From the NCBI GenBank assembly GCA_020184695.1, contig JAANOX010000254.1, positions 62,001 to 126,000 of the forward strand: a stretch of 64,000 nt of DNA. The letters run 5' to 3'. Below the pieces are notes generated by a model. The model had not been told where the DNA came from and did not search any database. It saw only the letters and a program-made list of their open reading frames with translations. The DNA comes from Histomonas meleagridis 2922-C6/04-290x (taxonomy: Eukaryota > Protista > Parabasalia). A program made the position numbers and the translations under genes. Shown here in pieces: positions 32,453 to 43,009 of the stretch (within the stretch, counting starts at the first letter, position 1; each line of letters begins with the position of its first letter).

Positions 32453-34623
32453 AAAGAATATAACGAAAACAAAAATATTTTTATGTTTTTTCTTTGCTTT
32501 TCAATTTATTCATTAAAAAATTGATTTCAAAAAATAAAAAAAATTCCAAAATAAAAAAGTTATACATTAGAACTTGAGCAGTTTCATTGAATTTGAACAT
32601 TTTCTTCATGAAATTATTATTCATTGAAATTGGTAAATGAGCTTTTAATGAAAAATGATTAAATGTCAAGAGAGAATTTGAAACAATGTTTAACATATGA
32701 TATCGGTAACTTTAATAAAGAGGAATGATGCTGATATTCTTCTGTGATATAATTAAATGTATTTGATTCATTCGCTGATTGCATAATAAATTTTTGTGAT
32801 TTTTAATGGATACCAACTCCTTGCTATGGGCTGGGATAGGTAAGCATATATGGCCTTTGGATTATACAGTCAGGTAAGGACAATGTTTGAGAGTTTGAGA
32901 AATAGATAATTGATCACTAAAAATCGTTGAACCTGAATTTTTTGGAGAGGTTTGTAATGAGCAAAAGAAACACATGGGTAAAACCAGAAAGAAAGAACAC
33001 ATTTGCGAGAAAACTTGAGAAACTTGCTAATAAATCAGTCAAAAACGATACAGAGAGTTTCAACCGCGCCGAGTTTTCGTTGGTTCATTGGTTTAACTTT
33101 TGTTGATGCGTGTTTTGTTGTTTTTGCGATCGGAAGCTGTTTACAAAGCTGAAAACGTAATGTTTTTTTTTGAAAAGTGACAGAAAGTTCCCTCATTTCA
33201 ATTGCAAAAACAACAAAAAAATGAAAGAAAGTGATATCGCTCGAAATAAAGAACGGAATTATGAAAGAAAAACGCTCAAAAAGTTCACTTCTACACAATT
33301 AACGTTAATTACTAAGCTTAGTAATTACTTATTGAATTTTGAATGCAAGTTTTGGGGAGTAATCTAAACGGCCGCGTTTTTTTTTAACAACTGGATTATG
33401 CTTGCTTAAACTAATAATTTTCTATCATTTTTGTACTGAATCAACCAAGAAATACATATAATCATATATTCATTTCCGCTAACAATTTCACAATTACAAT
33501 TGAATAGAATCGGAATTATACAAGAATAAGCTTAGCGTTGTTCGATGAGCAAAGCAAACAAAAAAAAATTTTTAAAAAAAGAACTCATTGAGAATAAATA
33601 AAATTATTAAAACGTTTTAAAATATTGTGTGCTAGTAAATAAGTTTATTCGTTAATTAAAAATAAGCATACGCTTGATAGAATGCGATGTGTTTTTAAAT
33701 CAGTTAATGGAGGCAGATCCGCACAACTAAGTGGTGAACTTTTGGATGTAAGCTGTAGTGAATAAGGTGTTTCACTATCCATGCTTTTGTTGACATGTAT
33801 GTTGAAAAGTATTTGTAATGTAACGAATGAAAAACTACAGAGTTATATCATTATTTTCACAATTATAAGATGATTATATACAGACAAAGTTTTGAATAAT
33901 CTAACCTCTACAAATACAATAGCATTACAAATATCGATATACAACAACGTTCGGAAGATTCATTACATTTAAAAACGAAGTTTGATCAATAGAACTAATA
34001 TAACAAAAAAAACATATTGATATTGATTTTGGTGAATATGCAAAATATGTTAATTCTCGGATATTGTAAGGTGCGCACACCCACACACTTCACCTGCAAA
34101 AGATGCTCAGCATTACTTTTGTTAATAGGAAGATTAATCACATAATTGTTTCCAGCAAAAATTGATTCTTTTGGTAACAAGAGATCTTATTCTATTTTGT
34201 ACACGCATGCATGGTATATTGTTTCTCGACTGTTTTATCACATAAATATGCTCATTGAAACAAAAATTTTTTGATGATGGAATAAGTACTTTACAATAAC
34301 GATACATACTGAATCTCCAGCGGTTTGAATGCCCAAAAAGATGTTTATTATAACTCATAGACGGAAAGAACAAGCTGATATTGAGTTGTATGTCTCTAAT
34401 TTTATGAAATAAGAGAATTGGTAAGAAAATAAAAATAATAAATCCAAAATCAAATCCAGGTTGCTTTGTCAAGGAATGTCTGTGAATAAAAAACAATACA
34501 GTTACATGAAGAAAAATTATAATTTTCGAAAAGTTCACACGACCCCATTGAATAAGACCGTTTAACAAACGGTCTCGCCATATGAAATATTAAAATTTCA
34601 TGTGTTTTTTTCTTACAATATAT

Positions 34624-36410
34624 TTATTTGTTAATTCCAAATTCATAGCTTACGAATATCCAATTTTCCAATATACAACATTTTTTCTTAAACTGATTTG
34701 CTAATTGACCAAAAGAATCATCATTTTTCGTTGCTTCATTAAAATGTTCTATCAAATGTTCCATCGGCTGTATCGTCGGTGTAAACTTGTTAATTTCCTC
34801 ATTCTTCTGCGGATCAAAAGTGAAACAATTATTTGTATGCTTTACAATGTCAGATGGGGCGGTACTTAAAAATATATTTCGGATTTGAGTGAAATTATTT
34901 GGTAATATTAACATCATTAAAGGGGTAATTTGAACCAAAAAGTCAGGGAAATCATGAGCTATAATTAATATATATCTTAATAAAACTTTATACATTAAAT
35001 TAAAACATTCATCATTTTCTTGTGTATAAATTGTCATGGCGATGAAGTCGGCCGTTAAAATGCATATTGAATCCCAACCGTTTTTATTTGACAACATGTT
35101 GATCAAAAAAAGCGGCTTTGACACATCAATTGAATCCATTGAAATGAAAACGATGGAACCTTTTAACGGTCTCAGTTCATGTAACAATTCCGAAAACTTT
35201 AATAATAAATCGAAATCTTTGTAGATTAAATCGAAGAAATATAATAAAATTTTATAATATTTTGTCATGTCATAACTGATAACTAAAGAATTACCAGAGA
35301 TACAAGTCAAAATTGCCGAACATATTATATGGAAATTATTTTTCACCAAAGAATTTTCATTTAATATATTAATAAATTTAATAATTTCATTAAGTTGTCT
35401 CTTAAAGAATAATATAACAAAAGCGTTTTCATTATATTTAAGAATTTCTTTAATCATTTCAACGTTTTGTTTCTCTTTAAACTTCTTAAATAATTCCAAA
35501 ATCAAATTCGATTCTTTAATATCTTCAATTGGGTCAAATGTTGATATAACTTGAAGTTTCGTTTGTGGCGATAATATAGTTAAAGGTATATCTAATTCGT
35601 CGACGATCTTTTGTAAGTCCATATAATATTCTCTTTGAGTTTGATTTGAAGTTTCCATTTTATTAAAAGGTGTTGTTGTTATTAAAGTTAATGAAGAAAG
35701 CATTTCGATTGGGTTTACAATTTTTTGTTCGATAATCGTAAAATGTAAAAATCGAATAGCGAAGCCGATTAACTTACAATTAAAAGGTTGTTTGTTTAAT
35801 GTATTAAAGAAGAATTCATTTAAACCTTTTGTCGATATTAAGTTCAACTTCAAAAATGTACAAAATAAGTTAATGGAAGGTATATTATTATTAAATAAAT
35901 TTATGATGTACGGTTGAGCACGTTTAGGGAACGATGGCGGAAATTTGTTCACAATTTGATGTAGAAATTCAATGTAAAATATATCGTTATATTGATGTGT
36001 TTGTCGTGTCATATATTTCAACATAGTTTTAATTGATGATAAAAACTCGTCAAAAGTCGTTTCTAAAGGTGGGCAATTTTCGAACAAACTCTCGAATGAA
36101 TTAGAAGTATCTTGTAAGTTAATATTACCTTGCGAAATCTTACTTGATATTATATATGATACTTGACTATTATATATTTCGTATTCTTGATTAGTTTTAA
36201 TGGTTTTATCTATTAATAAACTTGGTATTGATATCCCGGCTGGTGATAATTGTAATTCATTTAATTCTTGATAAATTAGGATTTGTTCACGTGAAAATTC
36301 TTGTTCTGTAGGTGATAATATTGGTGGTAATGAATTAAACTTTTGTTCATATTTAAACTTAATTGATTCCGAATTCAGAGCTTCAGGATTAATTATTAAA
36401 ATTCAGGCAT
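34624..36410 (-). CDS. Not1 C-terminal-domain-like protein
   Basis: YKVLLRYILIIAHDFPDFL and LPNNFTQIRNIFLSTAP resemble the CNOT1 C-terminal signature. The frame stays open upstream of track start 36087 to about 36396; the ATG near 36410 needs a 1-nt shift in a T-run. Confidence 0.65.
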
Positions 36411-36419
36411 TTCAAATAT

Positions 36420-36949
36420 ATACGAACTTAGAAAAAATTAAAATTGGTTCAAATGTTATAAATATTGAAGAAGGAACTTTTTATAGATTTATTTCATTAA
36501 TAAGTGTCACAATTCTAAAATCAGCTGAAACTATTGGAAACAATGCATTAATTATTCCTTCATTTTGGAAGTGACTGAGCAGTCACTAAATATATTTTCA
36601 AATATTCATATCTTAGTTGCACGCATGAATATGTTTCTATATATATATTTTGTATTTTATGATTGCACAATTACCCTTTATTCAACATAGTTAAACTATT
36701 ATAGTGATTTAATTACGTTATATTTCACTGATGTCAAAGATCGGAATTATTTACGGATCGATTGCAGCTGTAATAATAAATGTTGGAATTGTTATTTGGC
36801 TTGTTAAAAGTAACAAAAGCAACAAAAACAATAAAACGACTAATAAAATACCAAACATGTATTCGACGACATCAAGTTCGAAACTTATTGAAGAAATCAT
36901 CGAAGATTTCGGAGAAATGGCTAAAGAAGAAGATTATCAATGGATATGA
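36420..36949 (+). pseudogene. BspA-like gene relic
   Basis: LRR fragment KIGSNVINIEEGTF...AETIGNNA at about 36430-36550; TM plus tail 36731-36949 is similar to the C-terminus of copy B (GIV(I)xLVKSN ... EEDxxW). Confidence 0.6.
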
Positions 36950-37418
36950 AGGAGCTTAAAATATTTTTCATAAACACTTTCAACAAGTACCAAACTGATT
37001 CCATGTCATCTTCAGCATGTGAACGCGCTTTAAATTCATAAAATTCTGTTTTACAAGTAAATTTTATCAAACATGAACGGAATGAATTTTGTATTTATAA
37101 TAAGCTTCATCATTATGCCAGTCTTATATTTCATCAAATTTTCCAAACAATCCAATTTAGTTTTGAAAAATCACTGAAAAAGAAGTATAATTTGTTGCAG
37201 CACATATGGGCACATTCAACGGGGAAATATTTTCATTGTGGAAATAACAAATAATTTAACAGGGACGAAAAAAAATCAACTCATTTACGCCATAGTATTC
37301 TTTTACCAATTTAACTTGTTTCATAAAAATTCCAACAGATCAGTTGATATAAACAATTCTGCATGAAATTCAGTCAATTACTATGTATTTCGTTTTATTA
37401 ATGCATGGTGAAAATCAA

Positions 37419-38288
37419 TCATTTATTCCAGTCCTCTAAATTAATATTATCAAAATCTATATCTTTGAAAAGCTCTTTTCCAATTTGCTTGAATATTTCG
37501 TCTGATTTACCTTCAAGCGAAATGTTCATGAAAGTGCTTGCATGTGTTTTGGTCAGGTTAATTTCTACAAGAATCGAGCCATTCCTGTGAGCTTCCCCGG
37601 CCATAGATAGAACAGGGTCAACAGTGCAATGTGTTCCGACTAAGATTAAGAGATCGCAATTCGAAATTGCTGATGTTGCATCTTGGCGTTTTTTGTGATC
37701 AATAACATCTCCAAAGAAGGCAACATTTGGTCTCAAAACTGATTTGCATAGATCGCATGTGGGACATTCGCCTGTTTGTAAAATTGCTAAGTTATCAACT
37801 GGGCGTTTCTTATTGCACTTTTCGCAAAAACCAAAATCATCAACAGCACCGTGAAGTTCAATGACATGGGAGACATCTGATTTGAACATATGTAATCCAT
37901 CAATATTTTGCGTGATTAATTTTGATACATATCCACGTTGAATTAAATAATGGATAACGTAATGTGTTAATGAAGGATGGAGAATATTTGAAACTTGAAG
38001 ATTACGTACATTAGCAAGTAATTTCCAACTTGGCTTGGGATTTGAATAAAAATTGTCTATTTTAAGAATAGGAGGAGAAAAAGCTTCCCATAGGCCACTA
38101 CTGTTATTAGAACGAAAAGTTGGAAGCTGATGAGCGCTAACACCAGCACCTGTGATTATCACAATTCTACCTTTATACTTTTTTATAAGTTCAATAACGC
38201 ATTCAACAGTGTTGGAAAAATCTGGGATCATCCCAAGATCAGTATCAGAAATCTGGATTTCGAGATTTGAACTAAAGAAAGCCCCCAT
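37419..38288 (-). CDS. Sir2-family NAD-dependent deacylase
   Basis: ITGAGVS..LPTFR, ITQNIDGLH, ELHG, CxxC...CxxC zinc site, LRPNVAFFG, LVGT. Confidence 0.93.
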   Translation of the reverse strand: MGAFFSSNLEIQISDTDLGMIPDFSNTVECVIELIKKYKGRIVIITGAGVSAHQLPTFRSNNSSGLWEAFSPPILKIDNFYSNPKPSWKLLANVRNLQVSNILHPSLTHYVIHYLIQRGYVSKLITQNIDGLHMFKSDVSHVIELHGAVDDFGFCEKCNKKRPVDNLAILQTGECPTCDLCKSVLRPNVAFFGDVIDHKKRQDATSAISNCDLLILVGTHCTVDPVLSMAGEAHRNGSILVEINLTKTHASTFMNISLEGKSDEIFKQIGKELFKDIDFDNINLEDWNK

Positions 38289-38520
38289 ATTTTATTAGGG
38301 CACCCTGTTTTATCTTTGGTCAAATGAATCCCCAATTTAGCTTGTAACACAGTTTTATTTCAAGTAGTGCTATCATAGCCTTAATGAATTAATTCTTCAT
38401 TCATAGTTGAGTTTCCATAATTGAAGCAGGGAGCCTGATACAACTTTATTAATAAAAAAAAAAGTAAATTATCAATTTTTTTTTAAAGAAAAGTAAATCC
38501 TTGCAAGTTGAAAGTTGTCA

Positions 38521-38570
38521 TAATAATAGTTGGAAATTATTCAAATTATTTGAAACAGCACTTATGTTTG
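38521..38570 (+). repeat. Isolated remnant of an ankyrin linker (GGA + 17-nt spacer + GAA + TALM)
   Basis: GGA 38532-38534, spacer AATTATTCAAATTATTT 38535-38551, GAA 38552-38554, then ACA GCA CTT ATG. Confidence 0.8.
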
Positions 38571-38957
38571 TGAAGTTAACTAAATAATTGTGATATTTAT
38601 ACATTTGACACTAATTGAGAACGAAACGATAACAACCGTATGGGATCAAACGAAGTTTTTCAATGGATAACGATCGAAACCGGCCGTCAGGATGGTGGAT
38701 GGGGTGCCCTAATGTGGCATTCCTATTTTTCCTCAAATTTCCTATCGTTCAAAACTGCAAAATGGAGGGCGTTTTACATCAGGGCCTTGCAATTTCATAT
38801 TTTCATAACTACACATTCCCATTGGGTGTGACTAGGCTCATCTTATTATCCTCCGAAAATTATAACAAATGGTATAATTTTTTTGACGCCGATCATTTCA
38901 TGGACTGAAATATGGTCCAATTTTTCGACAAACCTGGTTCATCTGGTGTGAGATTGG

Positions 38958-39324
38958 TTGTTCAAGAAGTAGTTTGACTATTTCTGTATGACTTTTTTCA
39001 GATGCTAAAATAAGAGCTGTCCAAAATAATTTAAATAATTTCCAACTATTATTTTGAAATATAAAATTATTAAAATAAATTTTAAATAAAACAAATAAAT
39101 ATTTTTATCATTAATATCAATTCCTTCTTGTTCAAGAAGTAATTTAACTATTTCTGTATGACCTTTTTGAGATGCTAAAATAAGTGCTGTCTGAAATAAT
39201 TTAAATTATTTCTAAATATTATTTTAAATTATCAAATTATTAAAATAAATTTCAAACCAAATAAATAAATATCTTTAGCATTAATATCAATTCCTTTTTA
39301 TTCAAGAAGTAATTTAACAATTTC
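38958..39324 (-). pseudogene. Orphan ankyrin array fragment C with two intact 80-nt linkers
   Basis: Linkers 39270-39191 (E-D-R-Q) and 39100-39021 (K-Y-G-W); premature TAA at 39298-39300; no N-terminal domain; breaks off at 38958. Confidence 0.85.
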
Positions 39325-39329
39325 CATTA

Positions 39330-39762
39330 ATGGATGGTCCAGTAGTAACACCCCCTGAGGGTCAATGTGCCATATGCAGAATGCCTTTGGATGGTCCTTG
39401 CGTTGAACATCATCATACTGGTCAAAAAGGTAACTGAACCTTATCGATTCTGGAAGCAAGGAAATTATTTACCAAGAACAGAACTTTATGGGGCAACAGC
39501 GAAAGACATGTGTGGAACTTCTTATCCAGATCTATTTGGAGTTGGGGAAGAATTGTTAAATATTCCAATTGTTAATGAAAATGTAGAATTTTATGATTTT
39601 GACCTTATACTTGGAGAACCAGAGACAGCAGTTTACGCTAACTTACACAATGAAACTGTTTCAAAACTTATTCTTGAAATGATAAATTCAGATATTTCGC
39701 TTGCCTTACGACCAATAGGAAAAACCAATGAATTTGGAATTCCTCTTCGTTTTAACATATAA
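39330..39762 (+). pseudogene. Possible frameshifted gene with a RING-like N-terminus
   Basis: ATG 39330 gives MDGPVVTPPEGQCAICRMPLDGPCVEHHHTGQKGN then stop (CAICR..L..PC.E, Rbx1/Apc11-like start); ORF 39367-39762 continues in another frame. Confidence 0.35.
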
Positions 39763-40802
39763 CATGAAACATATTAACTTGTTGAAAATGTGATTGATCA
39801 AAACTTTATTGATAAATATTTTGCAGAAATAATATGTTCAAAATTCTCCACAAACATCAAATCAGACGAACTATTATATTTAGGTCAAAGTAAAAATGAT
39901 ATTGATATCGAATTAAAGAGGGAGCAAATCCAAATGAAATTGCCCAAATATTATTCCGTAATTATAACATCATTTAATTATAATTACTATCAGAATTGAT
40001 TTAGCATAAATACATATATATCGATTTTCACGAGATATTTTTATTTTTATGAATTATTAAAATTTTGAATACTATCGTTCAGAACGATATACGAATTTTG
40101 AATGCAGGTTGTCACTTTTTTATAAGGATAATATAGATAAATCTTTCTCAAGATATTATCGATAAATTTCTATTCTCATCCTTAGTTATAATTTCTATTC
40201 AATTCAAATATTATATTTATAAAATTGATATCTTGAAAAAAATTGATTTTCGTAATTTAGGAACATTTATTAGAATGCTATCAAGATAAAGTAGTCTAAT
40301 TGTGGTTACACATTTAGTGCATTTTGAGTTGAAGTGTAGACATTTTTGGTGATGGAATCGTGAGAAAAGGAGTAAAAACAAAAAATTTGCAATTTGCAAC
40401 ATAGGTAAGTATAATGAGGAAAGTATAAGTCAACATTATTAAAAATAAAATCTCTATAAAAAGTAATTGAAAATTCAATTTGATTTTTCTGACATAACAA
40501 AATTTCCATAAATGTAAATTGTTTATGCTAGCCAAACAAATAATTCCCAGGAGGTTTGATTGGTTTCATAGCTCACTTTCTTGTATAACGATACTTTTCT
40601 GTTATTTGCACAAATAAAAAACCATACATAGTCACTTTTTACCCGATAATGACTGTGACAGTTTGACGATCAATTGCGCCAAACTGTTCAATTTTCAGAA
40701 AATTGAAAGGTAAACATTTTCAACGACATTGTTTTATTTCGGTTTAACTGAAATTTTCGATTAATTGAAATTTGAGAGCAGGAGTTGACATTTGTCATTA
40801 AA

Positions 40803-41576
40803 ATGTTTTCTCTCCTTCTTGGTTTCGCTCTCTCAGCCAAGATCTGCTTAGATCCAGGACATGGTGGTTCCGATCCCGGTGCAGTCGGATTCGGTCGTCG
40901 TGAATGTGATGATGTCTTGAGGCTTTCTCGTGAAGTTCGTACAAGACTTCAAAATCTTGGACACACTGTTGTTATGTCACGTGACTCAGATGTCTATGTT
41001 TCCCTTTCAGGCCGTTCATCATGGGCTAACGGACAAGGATGCAAGTACTTCGTTTCCATCCATCGTAATGCATTCTCATCATCATCCGCTTATGGTTATG
41101 AAACATACGCTTATAGCACATCATCAAGTGGTTACACATTAGCTAAGAACATCCATAACGCTGTTGTTGCTGCTGGTGTTACATCAAACCGTGGTGTTAA
41201 GACAGCTAACTATGCAGTTCTTCGTCAAACATCAATGGCATCCAGCCTTTGCGAAGTTCTCTTCATCACAAACTCAAACGATAACGCATACTTCGATAGC
41301 CACTTCTCATCATATGCTCAAGCTATCGCAAACGGCATCTCAACCACAGCAGGAGGAAGCACTGGCGGTGGTGGCAGTGGTGGAAGCTGCTCATTCGCTG
41401 TTGGTTCATACGTTACATTATCCGGAGCTACACTTTACACTGATTCATATGCTGGAACAGCTGCAAGATCAATTTCAGGTACATACTCCGTTTCAAGATA
41501 CATCTCTGGCCGTGCTGCTGGTGTTCTTCTTCAAGGATCTATCGGCTGGGTTAGACCAGAACAATGCTCTTGCTAA
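40803..41576 (+). CDS. Secreted N-acetylmuramoyl-L-alanine amidase (Amidase_3) with G/S linker and small C-terminal domain
   Basis: ICLDPGHGG, RECD, FVSIHRN, LCEVLFITN (Zn/catalytic His, Glu, His, Glu); signal peptide MFSLLLGFALSA; Inr-like TCATT just upstream of ATG 40803. Confidence 0.93.
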   Translation: MFSLLLGFALSAKICLDPGHGGSDPGAVGFGRRECDDVLRLSREVRTRLQNLGHTVVMSRDSDVYVSLSGRSSWANGQGCKYFVSIHRNAFSSSSAYGYETYAYSTSSSGYTLAKNIHNAVVAAGVTSNRGVKTANYAVLRQTSMASSLCEVLFITNSNDNAYFDSHFSSYAQAIANGISTTAGGSTGGGGSGGSCSFAVGSYVTLSGATLYTDSYAGTAARSISGTYSVSRYISGRAAGVLLQGSIGWVRPEQCSC

Positions 41577-41997
41577 GTGAATTAAATGGATCTTCAGCTC
41601 AATAAACTCCATTAGCTGACTATCTATTGTACTTTTTGGGAAATTTTTCTCTAATTTGAAAATTATTATTTTGAAAAAAATCTTTTTAAAATGCTTTAAA
41701 GCCTTTATGTTTGTTGTTAATCGTTTTGTGGTTTTTATACGGAATAAATTTTAATGTAATTTTTCACAATTTTCAAATAATTAAAATATTTATCATGACT
41801 TATTATCCTATCTTATCAAGTAAAGTTGCGCATGGAAAAGTGGTTCTATAAGAAATTATTGGTTAAAACATTGTTTTGCAATAAAAACAATAAAGAAATG
41901 TTAAAATAAAAATTAAACGGTTTAGGGCGCCCCGAAGAAATTACATTAAATTCCACTTTACGTTTTATTAATAGTTCTCTATCAGCTCAATAAAAAT

Positions 41998-42525
41998 TTA
42001 TTTTGTATTCTCATCTTCAAGAACAATGTAATCTAAGTATGGCTGTATTTTGGTCCAATTTTCATCAAACCATTTGAGGAGAACACTTTTTCTTCGTTTT
42101 GCATCTCGGTCAAGCTTAATACCTGCATTTTCTGCAATTATAGCTGCTATGTTTACGAGCTCTCCTTGCTTTATATCACTGCCAAATCTACGGTTAATAT
42201 CTTGAACAACAGGACTTTCTTTAGCATCAAATCCAGCCAAGCGAACAGCAACTCGAATTTTTTCGCCATTCAATGAAAAGCCCTGTGGAGCCATTTGATC
42301 AGTGATGATTGGTTGCATCATTGGGTAAGTTTGACTTGGCGCCATAATTTGTACTTGTTGCTGAACTTGTTCCAATAAATTTGTTAAGAATGGTATTACT
42401 GCCTCTGCTTTGTTTTTGTCTGTGATGTGTTCAAGCATATTGTTTGAAAGGTTTCGCAATAAGTTTTGGTTGCCTTCGTCCATTCCGGTAAAGATAAAAG
42501 TGCTCACACTTTTTTCACTCAACAT
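41998..42525 (-). CDS. Hypothetical protein with C-terminal KRRK..L.KWFDENW domain
   Basis: 175-aa ORF; Q/P-rich middle; domain shared with 19121-19384. Confidence 0.8.
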   Translation of the reverse strand: MLSEKSVSTFIFTGMDEGNQNLLRNLSNNMLEHITDKNKAEAVIPFLTNLLEQVQQQVQIMAPSQTYPMMQPIITDQMAPQGFSLNGEKIRVAVRLAGFDAKESPVVQDINRRFGSDIKQGELVNIAAIIAENAGIKLDRDAKRRKSVLLKWFDENWTKIQPYLDYIVLEDENTK

Positions 42526-42865
42526 TTCACATCAATTGGCTTTTTGAACTGTTGTTATCAAGCATTTTCAAAGAAAGAAGCATTCAATTTATGTGTAAAA
42601 TATTCAAAAAATGTAGGGGTTTTACACATAAAAAGTGTCAAACTGACCACAATTCTGATGAATTAGGAGTTCACTTTATTTATTTCATCAGTATTTTTTG
42701 TATCGAAATGACTTCATAAATCATTGGGTTAAAAACATATGTAAATCTTTTTGTATAAGGGTAATAAGAATATTGAATATTTATTCGAAAGTCATTGAGA
42801 TGGTGAAAATTAATCATGATTTTGAAGGAGTTTTTCAACACAAATTGGATAAAAAAAATAAAAAA

Positions 42866-42937
42866 GGGGCAAATCGGGAATCGAACCCGAGACCTCATGC
42901 ACCCGAAGCACGAATCATACCACTAGACCATTTACCC
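42866..42937 (-). tRNA. tRNA-Pro: tRNA-Pro (anticodon CGG)
   Basis: Acceptor GGGTAAA/TTTGCCC, anticodon loop TTCGGGT, GGTTCGATTCC T-arm, T-run terminator. Confidence 0.94.
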
Positions 42938-43009
42938 TTTTACAAAAATTAAAAATACGACTAGTACTTAAAATGTTTCGATATATGGTATTTTTGCAAT
43001 AGATAAGGT

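Noticed and set aside
32830-32950. Possible snRNA (GGTAAG motifs, AATTTTTTGG Sm-like site)
   Set aside because: The U1-like and Sm-like motifs are on opposite strands and I could not build a convincing snRNA fold.
20732-36410. 17-nt spacers as the cause of breaks in the subtilisin, Myb, vWA and Not1-like genes
   Set aside because: The breaks I could localise are 1-2 nt indels (mostly in homopolymers) or point stops, consistent with decay or assembly error.
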